A stretch of DNA of 64,000 nucleotides from the human T2T-CHM13v2.0 reference genome, Homo sapiens: the NCBI RefSeq assembly GCF_009914755.1, contig NC_060925.1. One strand, 5' to 3'. The notes below the pieces were generated by a model. That model was not told the DNA's origin and ran no database searches. It saw nothing but the letters and a program-made list of their open reading frames with translations. A program made the translations under genes and the position numbers. This document shows, one piece after another, positions 1 to 13,900 of this stretch (positions within the stretch are counted from its first letter, which is position 1; each line of letters starts with the position of its first letter).

Positions 1-237
1 ATCGAATGGAATTATGATCAAATGGAATCGAATGTAATCATCATCAAATGGAATCAAAAATAACCATCATCAATTGGTATTGAATGGAATTGTCATCAAA
101 TGGAATTCAAAGGAATCATCATCAAATGGAACCGAATGGAATCCTCATTGAATGGAAATGAAAGGGGTCATCATCTAATGGAATCGCATGGAATCATCAT
201 CAAATGGAATCGAATGGAATCATCATCAAATGGAATC

Positions 238-248
238 TAATGGAATCA
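238..248 (+). promoter_or_regulatory. DUX4-type motif TAATGGAATCA (two per canonical unit; second at 1171-1181)
   Basis: Matches the DUX4 consensus TAAYBBAATCA, and DUX4 is known to bind and activate HSATII. Occupancy at these copies is not shown by sequence. Confidence 0.5.
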
Positions 249-262
249 TTGAACAGAATTGA

Positions 263-1095
263 ATGGAATCGTCATCGAATGAATTGAATGCAATCATCGA
301 ATGGTCTCGAATGGAATCATCTTCTAATGGAAAGGAATGGAATCATCGCATAGAATCGAATGGAATTATCATCGAATGGAATCGAATGGTATCAACACCA
401 AACGGAAAAAAACGGAATTATCGAATGGAATCGAAGAGAATCTTCGAACGGACCCGAATGGAATCATCTAATGGAATGGAATGGAATAATCCATGGACTC
501 GAATGCAATCATCATCAAATGGAATCGAATGGAATCATCGAATGGACTCGAATGGAATAATCATTGAACGGAATCGATTGGAATCATCATCGGATGGAAA
601 CGAATGGAATCATCATCGAATGGAAATGAAAGGAGTCATCATCTAATGGAATTGCATGGAATCATCATAAAATGGAATCGAATGGAATCAACATCAAATG
701 GAATCAAATGGAATCATTGAACGGAATTGAATGGAATCGTCATCGAATGAATTGACTGCAATCATCCAATGGTCTCGAATGGAATCATCTTCAAATGGAA
801 TGGAATGGAATCATCGCATAGAATCGAATGGAATTATCATCGAATGGAATCGAATGGAATCAACATCCAACGGAAAAAAACGGAATTATCGAATGGAATC
901 GAAGAGAATCATCGAATGGACCCGAATGGAATCATCTAATGGAATGGAATGGAATAATCCATGGACTCGAATGCAATCATCATCGAATGGAATCGAATGG
1001 AATCATCGAATGGACTCGAATGGAATAATCATTGAACGGAATCGAATGGAATCATCATCGGATGGAAATGAATGGAATCATCATCGAATGGAATC
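263..1095 (+). repeat. Internal ~468-bp tandem duplication (subunits A and B) within each unit
   Basis: Near-identical 127-aa ORFs at 263 and 731 (offset 468), each containing AACGGAAAAAAACGG. A has TTCTAATGGAAAGG, GGTATCAACACC and TCTTCGAACGG; B has TTCAAATGGAATGG, GGAATCAACATC and TCATCGAATGG. Confidence 0.92.
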
Positions 1096-4000
1096 GAATA
1101 GAATTATGGAATGAAATCCAGTGTGATCATCATCGAATGGACCCGAATGGAATCATCATCCAACGGAAGCTAATGGAATCAACATCGAATGAATCAAATG
1201 GAAACACCATCGAATTGAAACGAATGGAATTATCATGAAATTGAAATGGATGGACTCATCATCGAATGGATTCGAATGGAATCATCGAATAAAATTGATT
1301 GAAATCATCATCGAATGGAATCGAATGGTATCATTGAATGGAATCGAATGGAATCATCATCAGATGGAAATGAATGGAATCGTCATAGAATGGAATCGAA
1401 TGGATTCATTGAATGGAATCAGATGGAATCATCGAATGGACTGGAATGGAATCATTGAATGGACTCGAAATGGATCATGATTGAATGGAATTTAATGGAA
1501 TCATCGAATGGTCTCGATTGGAATCATTATCAAATGGAATCGAATGGAATCACCGAATAGAATCGAATGGAACAATCATCGAATGGACTCAAATGGAATT
1601 ATCCTCCAATGGAATCGAATGGAATTATCAAATGCAATCGAATGGAATTATCGAATGCAATCGAATAGAATGATCGAATGGACTCGAATGGAATCATCGA
1701 ATGGAATGGAATGGAACAGTCAATGAACTCGAATGGAATCATCATTGAATGGAATCGAATGGAATCATCGAGTGGAATCGAATGGAATTATGATCAAATG
1801 GAATCGAATGTTATCATCATCAAATGGAATCAAAAATAACCATCATCAATTGGTATTGAATGGAATTGTCATCAAATGGAATTCAAAGGAATCATCATCA
1901 AATGGAACCGAATGGAATCCTCATTGAATGGAAATGAAAGGGGTCATCATCTAATGGAATCGCATGGAATCATCATCAAATGGAATCGAATGGAATCATC
2001 ATCAAATGGAATCTAATGGAATCATTGAACAGAATTGAATGGAATCGTCATCGAATGAATTGAATGCAATCATCGAATGGTCTCGAATGGAATCATCTTC
2101 TAATGGAAAGGAAAGGAATCATCGCATAGAATCGAATGGAATTATCATCGAATGGAATCGAATGGTATCAACACCAAACGGAAAAAAACGGAATTATCGA
2201 ATGGAATCGAAGAGAATCTTCGAACGGACCCGAATGGAATCATCTAATGGAATGGAATGGAATAATCCATGGACTCGAATGCAATCATCATCAAATGGAA
2301 TCGAATGGAATCATCGAATGGACTCGAATGGAATAATCATTGAACGGAATCGATTGGAATCATCATCGGATGGAAACGAATGGAATCATCATCGAATGGA
2401 AATGAAAGGAGTCATCATCTAATGGAATTGCATGGAATCATCATAAAATGGAATCGAATGGAATCAACATCAAATGGAATCAAATGGAATCATTGAACGG
2501 AATTGAATGGAATCGTCATCGAATGAATTGACTGCAATCATCGAATGGTCTCGAATGGAACCATCTTCAAATGGAATGGAATGGAATCATCGCGTAGAAT
2601 TGAATGGAATTATCATCGAATGGAATCGAATGGAATCAACATCCAACGGAAAAAAACGGAATTATCGAATGGAATCGAAGAGAATCATCGAATGGACCCG
2701 AATGGAATCATCTAATGGAATGGAATGGAATAATCCATGGACTCGAATGCAATCATCATCGAATGGAATCGAATGGAATCATCGAATGGACTCGAATGGA
2801 ATAATCATTGAACGGAATAGAATGGAATCATCATCGGATGGAAATGAATGGAATCATCATCGAATGGAATCGAATAGAATTATGGAATGAAATCCAGTGT
2901 GATCATCATCGAATGGACCCGAATGGAATCATCATCCAACGGAAGCTAATGGAATCAACATCGAATGAATCAAATGGAAACACCATCGAATTGAAACGAA
3001 TGGAATTATCATGAAATTGAAATGGATGGACTCATCATCGAATGGATTCGAATGGAATCATCGAATAAAATTGATTGAAATCATCATCGAATGGAATCGA
3101 ATGGTATCATTGAATGGAATCGAATGGAATCATCATCAGATGGAAATGAATGGAATCGTCATAGAATGGAATCGAATGGATTCATTGAATGGAATCAGAT
3201 GGAATCATCAAATGGACTGGAATGGAATCATTGAATGGACTCGAAAGGCATCATGATTGAATGGAATTGAATGGAATCATCGAATGGTCTCGATTGGAAT
3301 CATTATCAAATGGAATCGAATGGAATCACCGAATAGAATCGAATGGAACAATCATCGAATGGACTCAAATGGAATTATCCTCAAATGGAATCGAATGGAA
3401 TTATCGAATGCAATCGAATGGAATTATCGAATGCAATCGAATAGAATCATCGAATGGACTCGAATGGAATCATCGAATGGAATGGAATGGAACAGTCAAT
3501 GAACTCGAATGGAATCATCATTGAATGGAATCGAATGGAATCATCGAGTGGAATCGAATGGAATTATGATCAAATGGAATCGAATGTTATCATCATCAAA
3601 TGGAATCAAAAATAACCATCATCAATTGGTATTGAATGGAATTGTCATCAAATGGAATTCAAAGGAATCATCATCAAATGGAACCGAATGGAATCCTCAT
3701 TGAATGGAAATGAAAGGGGTCATCATCTAATGGAATCGCATGGAATCATCATCAAATGGAATCTAATGGAATCATCATCAAATGGAATCTAATGGAATCA
3801 TTGAACAGAATTGAATGGAATCGTCATCGAATGAATTGAATGCAATCATCGAATGGTCTCGAAAGGAATCATCTTCTAATGGAAAGGAATGGAATCATCG
3901 CATAGAATCGAATGGAATTATCATCGAATGGAATCGAATGGTATCAACACCAAACGGAAAAAAACGGAATTATCGAATGGAATCGAAGAGAATCTTCGAA

Positions 4001-7000
4001 CGGACCCGAATGGAATCATCTAATGGAATGGAATGGAATAATCCATGGACTCGAATGCAATCAAAATCGAATGGAATCGAATGGAATCATCGAATGGACT
4101 CGAATGGAATAATCATTGACCGGAATCGAATGGAATCATCATCGGATGGAAACGAATGGAATCATCATCGAATGGAAATGAAAGGAGTCATCATCTAATG
4201 GAATTGCATGGAATCATCATAAAATGGAATCGAATGGAATCAACATCAAATGGAATCAAATGGAATCATTGAACGGAATTGAATGGAATCGTAATCGAAT
4301 GAATTGACTGCAATCATCCAATGGTCTCGAATGGAATCATCTTCAAATGGAATGGAATGGAATCATCGCATAGAATCGAATGGAATTATCATCGAATGGA
4401 ATCGAATGGAATCAACATCAAACGGAAAAAAACGGAATTATCAAATGGAATCGAAGAGAATCATCGAATGGACCCGAATGGAATCATCTAATGGAATGGA
4501 ATGGAATAATCCATGGACTCGAATGCAATCATCATCGAATGGAATCGAATGGAATCATCGAATGGACTCGAATGGAATAATCATTGAACGGAATAGAATG
4601 GAATCATCATCGGATGGAAATGAATGGAATCATCATCGAATGGAATCGAATAGAATTATGGAATGAAATCCAGTGTGATCATCATCGAATGGACCCGAAT
4701 GGAATCATCATCCAACGGAAGCTAATGGAATCAACATCGAATGAATCAAATGGAAACACCATCGAATTGAAACGAATGGAATTATCATGAAATTGAAATG
4801 GATGGACTCATCATCGAATGGATTCGAATGGAATCATCGAATAAAATTGATTGAAATCATCATCGAATGGAATCGAATGGTATCATTGAATGGAATCGAA
4901 TGGAATCATCATCAGATGGAAATGAATGGAATCGTCATAGAATGGAATCGAATGGATTCATTGAATGGAATCAGATGGAATCATCGAATGGACTGGAATG
5001 GAATCATTGAATGGACTCGAAAGGGATCATGATTGAATGGAATTGAATGGAATCATCGAATGGTCTCGATTGGAATCATTATCAAATGGAATCGAATGGA
5101 ATCACCGAATAGAATCGAATGGAACAATCATCGAATGGACTCAAATGGAATTATCCTCAAATGGAATCGAATGGAATTATCGAATGCAATCGAATGGAAT
5201 TATCGAATGCAATCGAATAGAATGATCGAATGGACTCGAATGGAATCATCGAATGGAATGGAATGGAACAGTCAATGAACTCGAATGGAATCATCATTGA
5301 ATGGAATCGAATGGAATCACCGAGTGGAATCGAATGGAATTATGATCAAATGGAATCGAATGTAATCCTCATCAAATGGAATCAAAAATAACCATCATCA
5401 ATTGGTATTGAATGGAATAGTCATCAAATGGAATTCAAAGGAATCATCATCAAATGGAACCGAATGGAATCCTCATTGAATGGAAATGAAAGGGGTCATC
5501 ATCTAATGGAATCGCATGGAATCATCATCAAATGGAATCGAATGGAATCATCATCAAATGGAATCTAATGGAATCATTGAACAGAATTGAATGGAATCGT
5601 CATCGAATGAATTGAATGCAATCATCGAATGGTCTCGAATGGAATCATCTTCTAATGGAAAGGAATGGAATCATCGCATAGAATCGAATGGAATTATCAT
5701 CGAATGGAATCGAATGGTATCAACACCAAACGGAAAAAAACGGAATTATCGAATGGAATCGAAGAGAATCTTCGAACGGACCCGAATGGAATCATCTAAT
5801 GGAATGGAATGGAATAATCCATGGACTCGAATGCAATCATCATCGAATGGAATCGAATGGAATCATCGAATGGACTCGAATGGAATAATCATTGAACGGA
5901 ATCGAATGGAATCATCATCGGATGGAAACGAATGGAATCATCATCGAATGGAAATGAAAGGAGTCATCATCTAATGGAATTGCATGGAATCATCATCAAA
6001 TGGAATCGAATGGAATCAACATCAAATGGAATCAAATGGAATCATTGAACGGAATTGAATGGAATCGTCATCGAATGAATTGACTGCAATCATCCAATGG
6101 TCTCGAATGGAATCATCTTCAAATGGAATGGAATGGAATCATCGCATAGAATCGAATGGAATTATCATCGAATGGAATCGAATGGAATCAACATCAAACG
6201 GAAAAAAACGGAATTATCGACTGGAATCGAAGAGAATCATCGAATGGACCCGAATGGAATCATCTAATGGAATGGAATGGAATAATCCATGGACTCGAAT
6301 GCAATCATCATCGAATGGAATCGAATGGAATCATCGAATGGACTCGAATGGAATAATCATTGAACGGAATCGAATGAAATCATCATCGGATGGAAATGAA
6401 TGGAATCATCATCGAATGGAATCGAATAGAATTATGGAATGAAACCCAGTGTGATCATCATCGAATGGACCCGAATGGAATCATCATCCAACGGAAGCTA
6501 ATGGAATCAACATCGAATGAATCGAATGGAAACACCATCGAATTGAAACGAATGGAATTATCATGAAATTGAAATGGATGGACTCATCATCGAATGGATT
6601 CGAATGGAATCATCGAATAAAATTGATTGAAATCATCATCCAATGGAATCGAATGGTATCATTGAATGGAATCGAATGGAATCATCATCAGATGGAAATG
6701 AATGGAATCGTCATAGAATGGAATCGAATGGATTCATTGAATGGAATCAGATGGAATCATCGAATGGACTGGAATGGAATCATTGAATGGACTCGAAAGG
6801 GATCATTATTGAATGGAATTGAATGGAATCATCGAATGGTCTCGATTCAATCATTATCAAGTGGAATCGAATGGAATCACCGAATAGAATCGAATGGAAC
6901 AATCATCGAATGGACTCAAATGGAATTATCCTCCAATGGAATCGAATGGAATTATCGAATGCAATCGAATTGAATTATCGAATGCAATCGAATAGAATCA

Positions 7001-7375
7001 TCGAATGGACTCGAAAGGAATCATCGAATGGAATGGAATGGAACAGTCAATGAACTCGAATGGAATCATCATTAAATGGAATCGAATGGAATCGAATGGA
7101 ATCATCGAGTGGAATCGAATGGAATTATGATCAAATGGAATCGAATGTAATCATCATCAAATGGAATCAAAAATAACCATCATCAATTGGTATTGAATGG
7201 AATTGTCATCAAATGGAATTCAAAGGAATCATCATCAAATGGAACCGAATGGAATCCTCATTGAATGGAAATGAAAGGGGTCATCATCTAATGGAATCGC
7301 AGGGAATCAACATCAAATGGAATCGAATGGAATCATCATCAAATGGAATCTAATGGAATCATTGAACAGAATTGA

Positions 7376-9550
7376 ATGGAATCGTCATCGAATGAATTGA
7401 ATGCAATCTTCGAATGGTCTCGAATGGAATCATCTTCTAATGGAAAGGAATGGAATCATCGCATAGAATCGAATGGAATTATCATCGAATGGAATCGAAT
7501 GGTATCAACACCAAACGGAAAAAAACGGAATTATCGAATGGAATCGAAGAGAATCTTCGAACGGACCCGAATGGAATCATCTAATGGAATGGAATGGAAT
7601 AATCCATGGACTCGAATGCAATCATCATCGAATGGAATCGAATGGAATCATCGAATGGACTCGAATGGAATAATCATTGAACGGAATCGATTGGAATCAT
7701 CATCGGATGGAAACGAATGGAATCATCATCGAATGGAAATGAAAGGAGTCATCATCTAATGGAATTGCATGGAATCATCATAAAATGGAATCGAATGGAA
7801 TCAACATCAAATGGAATCAAATGGAATCATTGAACGGAATTGAATGGAATCGTCATCGAATGAATTGACTGCAATCATCGAATGGTCTCGAATGGAATCA
7901 TCTTCAAATGGAATGGAATGGAATCATCGCATAGAATCGAATGGAATTATCATCGAATGGAATCGAATGGAATCAACATCAAACGGAAAAAAACGGAATT
8001 ATCGAATGGAATCGAAGAGAATCATCGAATGGACCCGAATGGAATCATCTAATGGAATGGAATGGAATAATCCATGGACTCGAATGCAATCATCATCGAA
8101 TGGAATCGAATGGAATCATCGAATGGACTCGAATGGAATAATCATTGAACGGAATCGAATGGAATCATCATCGGATGGAAACGAATGGAATCATCATCGA
8201 ATGGAAATGAAAGGAGTCATCATCTAATGGAATTGCATGGAATCATCATAAAATGGAATCGAATGGAATCAACATCAAATGGAATCAAATGGAATCATTG
8301 AACGGAATTGAATGGAATCGTCATCGAATGAATTGACTGCAATCGTCGAATGGTCTCGAATGGAATCATCTTCAAATGGAATGGAATGGAATCATCGCAT
8401 AGAATCGAATGGAATTATCATCGAATGGAATCGAATGGAATCAACATCAAACGGAAAAAAACGGAATTATCGAATGGAATCGAAGAGAATCATCGAATGG
8501 ACCCGAATGGAATCATCTAATGGAATGGAATGGAATAATCCATGGACTCGAATGCAATCATCATCGAATGGAATCGAATGGAATCATCGAATGGACTCGA
8601 ATGGAATAATCATTGAACGGAATCGAATGGAATCATCATCGGATGGAAATGAATGGAATCATCATCGAATGGAATCGAATAGAATTATGGAATGAAATCC
8701 AGTGTGATCATCATCGAATGGACCCGAATGGAATCATCATCCAACGGAAGCTAATGGAATCAACATCGAATGAATCGAATGGAAACACCATCGAATTGAA
8801 ACGAATGGAATTATCATGAAATTGAAATGGATGGACTCATCATCGAATGGATTCGAATGGAATCATCGAATAAAATTGATTGAAATCATCATCGAATGGA
8901 ATCGAATGGTATCATTGAATGGAATCGAATGGAATCATCATCAGATGGAAATGAATGGAATCGTCATAGAATGGAATCGAATGGATTCATTGAATGGAAT
9001 CAGATGGAATCATCGAATGGACTGGAATGGAATCATTGAATGGACTCGAAAGGGATCATGATTGAACGGAATTGAATGGAATCATCGAATGGTCTCGATT
9101 TGAATCATTATCAAATGGAATCGAATGGAATCACCGAATAGAATCGAATGGAACAATCATCGAATGGACTCAAATGGAATTATCCTCAAATGGAATCGAA
9201 TGGAATTATCGAATGGAATGGAATGGAACAGTCAATGAACTAGAATGGAATCATCATTGAATGGAATCGAATGGAATCATCGAGTGGAATCGAATGGAAT
9301 TATGATCAAATGGAATCGAATGTAATCATCATCCAATGGAATCAAAAATCACCATCATCAATTGGTATTGAATGGAATTGTCATCAAATGGAATTCAAAG
9401 GAATCATCATCAAATGGAACCGAATGGAATCCTCATTGAATGGAAATGAAAGGGGTCATCATCTAATGGAATCGCATGGAATCATCATCAAATGGAATCG
9501 AATGGAATCATCATCAAATGGAATCTAATGGAATCATTGAACAGAATTGA
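7376..9550 (+). repeat. Variant unit with three 468-bp subunits (A-B-B) and a 69-bp deletion (2175 bp)
   Basis: Subunit anchors at 7376, 7844 and 8312; next unit at 9551 (1776+468-69). Confidence 0.85.
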
Positions 9551-10940
9551 ATGGAATCGTCATCGAATGAATTGAATGCAATCATCGAATGGTCTCGAAT
9601 GGAATCATCTTTTAATGGAAAGGAATGGAATCATCGCATAGAATCGAATGGAATTATCATCGAATGGAATCGAATGGTATCAACACCAAACGGAAAAAAA
9701 CGGAATTATCGAATGGAATCAAAGAGAATCTTCGAACGGACCCGAATGGAATCATCTAATGGAATGGAATGGAATAATCCATGGACTCGAATGCAATCAT
9801 CATCGAATGGAATGGAATGGAATCATCGAATGGACTCGAATGGAATAATCATTGAACGGAATCGAATGGAATCATCATCGGATGGAAACGAATGGAATCA
9901 TCATCGAATGGAAATGAAAGCAGTCATCATCTAATGGAATTGCATGGAATCATCATAAAATGGAATCGAATGGAATCAACATCAAATGGAATCAAATGGA
10001 ATCATTGAACGGAATTGAATGGAATCGTCATCGAATGAATTGAATGCAATCATCGAATGGTCTCGAATGGAATCATCTTCAAATGGAATGGAATGGAATC
10101 ATCGCATAGAATCGAATGGAATTATCATCGAATGGAATCGAATGGAATCAACATCAAACGGAAAAAAACGGAATTATCGAATGGAATCGAAGAGAATCAT
10201 CGAATGGACCCGAATGGAATCATCTAATGGAATGGAATGAAATAATCCATGGACTCGAATGCAATCATCATCGAATGGAATCGAATGGAATCATCGAATG
10301 GACTCGAATGGAATAATCATTGAACGGAATCTAATGGAATCATCATCGGATGGAAATGAATGGAATCATCATCGAATGGAATCGAATAGAATTATGGAAT
10401 GAAATCCAGTGTGATCATTATCGAATGGACCCGAATGGAATCATCATAAAACGGAAGCTAATGGAATCAACATCGAATGAATCGAATGGAAACACCATCG
10501 AATTGAAACGAATGGAATTATCATGAAATTGAAATGGATGGACTCATCATCGAATGGATTCGAATGGAATCATCGAATAAAATTGATTGAAATCATCATC
10601 CAATGGAATCGAATGGTATCATTGAATGGAATCGAATGGAATCATCATCAGATGGAAATGAATGGAATCGTCATAGAATGGAATCGAATGGATTCATTGA
10701 ATGGAATCAGATGGAATCATCGAATGGACTGGAATGGAATCATTGAATGGACTCGAAAGGGATCATTATTGAATGGAATTGAATGGAATCATCGAATGGT
10801 CTCGATTGGAATCATTATCAAATGGAATCGAATGGAATCACCGAATAGAATCGAATGGAACAATCATCGAATGGACTCAAATGGAATTATCCTCCAATGG
10901 AATCGAATGGAATTATCGAATGCAATCGAATGGAATTATC
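9551..10940 (+). repeat. Truncated unit fused to the next unit by a 494-bp deletion
   Basis: B anchors at 10019 and 11301 are 1282 bp apart. Junction TGCAATCGAATGGAATTATC|ATCGAATGGAATCGAATGGTATCAACACC; the EcoRI segment is missing. Confidence 0.85.
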
Positions 10941-13900
10941 ATCGAATGGAATCGAATGGTATCAACACCAAACGGAAAAAAACGGAATTATCGAATGGAA
11001 TCGAAGAGAATCTTCGAACGGACCCGAATGGAATCATCTAATGGAATGGAATGGAATAATCCATGGACTCGAATGCAATCATCATCGAATGGAATCGAAT
11101 GGAATCATCGAATGGACTCGAATGGAATAATCATTGAACGGAATCGATTGGAATCATCATCGGATGGAAACGAATGGAATCATCATCGAATGGAAATGAA
11201 AGGAGTCATCATCTAATGGAATTGCATGGAATGATCATAAAATGGAATCGAATGGAATCAACATCAAATGGAATCAAATGGAATCATTGAACGGAATTGA
11301 ATGGAATCGTCATCGAATGAATTGACTGCAATCATCGAATGGTCTCGAATGGAATCATCTTCAAATGGAATGGAATGGAATCATCGCATAGAATCGAATG
11401 GAATTATCATCGAATGGAATCGAATGGAATCAACATCAAACGGAAAAAAACGGAATTATCGAATGGAATCGAAGAGAATCATCGAATGGACCCGAATGGA
11501 ATCATCTAATGGAATGGAATGGAATAATCCATGGACTCGAATGCAATCATCATCGAATGGAATCGAATGGAATCATCGAATGGACTCGAATGGAATAATC
11601 ATTGAACGGAATCGAATGGAATCATCATCGGATGGAAATGAATGGAATCATCATCGAATGGAATCGAATAGAATTATGGAATGAAATCCAGTGTGATCAT
11701 CATCGAATGGACCCGAATGGAATCATCATCCAACGGAAGCTAATGGAATCAACATCGAATGAATCGAATGGAAACACCATCGAATTGAAACGAATGGAAT
11801 TATCATGAAATTGAAATGGATGGACTCATCATCGAATGGATTCGAATGGAATCATCGAATAAAATTGATTGAAATCATCATCGAATGGAATCGAATGGTA
11901 TCATTGAATGGAATCGAATGGAATCATCATCAGATGGAAATGAATGGAATCGTCATAGAATGGAATCGAATGGATTCATTGAATGGAATCAGATGGAATC
12001 ATCGAATGGACTGGAATGGAATCATTGAATGGACTCGAAAGGGATCATGATTGAATGGAATTGAATGGAATCATCGAATGGTCTCGATTGGAATCATTAT
12101 CAAATGGAATCGAATGGAATCACCGAATAGAATCGAATGGAACAATCATCGAATGGACTCAAATGGAATTATCCTCCAATGGAATCGAATGGAATTATCG
12201 AATGCAATCGAATGGAATTATCGAATGCAATCGAATAGAATCATCGAATGGACTCGAATGGAATCATCGAATGGAATGGAATGGAACAGTCAATGAACTC
12301 GAATGGAATCATCATTGAATGGAATCGAATGGAATCATCGAGTGGAATCGAATGGAATTATGATCAAATGGAATCGAATGTAATCATCATCAAATGGAAT
12401 CAAAAATAACCATCATCAATTGGTATTGAATGGAATTGTCATCAAATGGAATTCAAAGGAATCATCATCAAATGGAACCGAATGGAATCCTCATTGAATG
12501 GAAATGAAAGGGGTCATCATCTAATGGAATCGCATGGAATCATCATCAAATGGAATCGAATGGAATCATCATCAAATGGAATCTAATGGAATCATTGAAC
12601 AGAATTGAATGGAATGGTCATCGAATGAATTGAATGCAATCATCGAATGGTCTCGAATGGAATCATCTTCTAATGGAAAGGAATGGAATCATCGCGTAGA
12701 ATCGAATGGAATTATCATCGAATGGAATCGAATGGTATCAACACCAAACGGAAAAAAACGGAATTATCGAATGGAATCGAAGAGAATCTTCGAACGGACC
12801 CGAATGGAATCATCTAATGGAATGGAATGGAATAATCCATGGACTCGAATGCAATCATCATCGAATGGAATCGAATGGAATCATCGAATGGACTCGAATG
12901 GAATAATCATTGAACGGAATCGATTGGAATCATCATCGGATGGAAACGAATGGAATCATCATCGAATGGAAATGAAAGGAGTCATCATCTAATGGAATTG
13001 CATGGAATCATCATAAAATGGAATCGAATGGAATCAACATCAAATGGAATCAAATGGAATCATTGAACGGAATTGAATGGAATCGTCATCGAATGAATTG
13101 ACTGCAATCATCGAATGGTCTCGAATGGAATCATGTTCAAATGGAATGGAATGGAATCATCGCATAGAATCGAATGGAATTATCATCGAATGGAATCGAA
13201 TGGAATCAACATCCAACGGAAAAAAACGGAATTATCGAATGGAATCGAAGAGAATCATCGAATGGACCCGAATGGAATCATCTAATGGAATGGAATGGAA
13301 TAATCCATGGACTCGAATGCAATCATCATCGAATGGAATCGAATGGAATCATCGAATGGACTCGAATGGAATAATCATTGAACGGAATCGAATGGAATCA
13401 TCATCGGATGGAAATGAATGGAATCATCATCGAATGGAATCGAATAGAATTATGGAATGAAATCCAGTGTGATCATCATCGAATGGACCCGAATGGAATC
13501 ATCATCCAACGGAAGCTAATGGAATCAACATCGAATGAATCGAAAGGAAACACCATCGAATTGAAACGAATGGAATTATCATGAAATTGAAATGGATGGA
13601 CTCATCATCCAATGGATTCGAATGGAATCATCGAATAAAATTGATTGAAATCATCATCCAATGGAATCGAATGGTATCATTGAATGGAATCGAATGGAAT
13701 CATCATCAGATGGAAATGAATGGAATCGTCATAGAATGGAATTGAATGGATTCATTGAATGGAATCAGAAGGAATCATCGAATGGACTGGAATGGAATCA
13801 TTGAATGGACTCGAAAGGGATCATTATTGAATGGAATTGAATGGAATCATCGAATGGTCTCGATTGGAATCATTATCAAATGGAATCGAATGGAATCACC

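Larger units (their letters stand above)
103..1878 (+). repeat. Canonical 1776-bp HSat2 unit (EcoRI to EcoRI), consistent with the chromosome 1q12 1.77-kb repeat (HSat2A2-like)
   Basis: GAATTC at 103, 1879, 3655 and 5431. Identical ORF anchors at 263/2039/3815/5591, and from 48273 to 62481 in exact 1776-bp steps. The 1.77-kb EcoRI period is the known chr1 satellite 2 unit. Confidence 0.88.

Noticed and set aside
400-416. AACGGAAAAAAACGG as a CENP-B box, poly(A) tail or Pol III terminator
   Set aside because: It does not match the CENP-B box consensus, has no target-site duplication or retroelement body, and is simply a fixed part of the 468-bp subunit.
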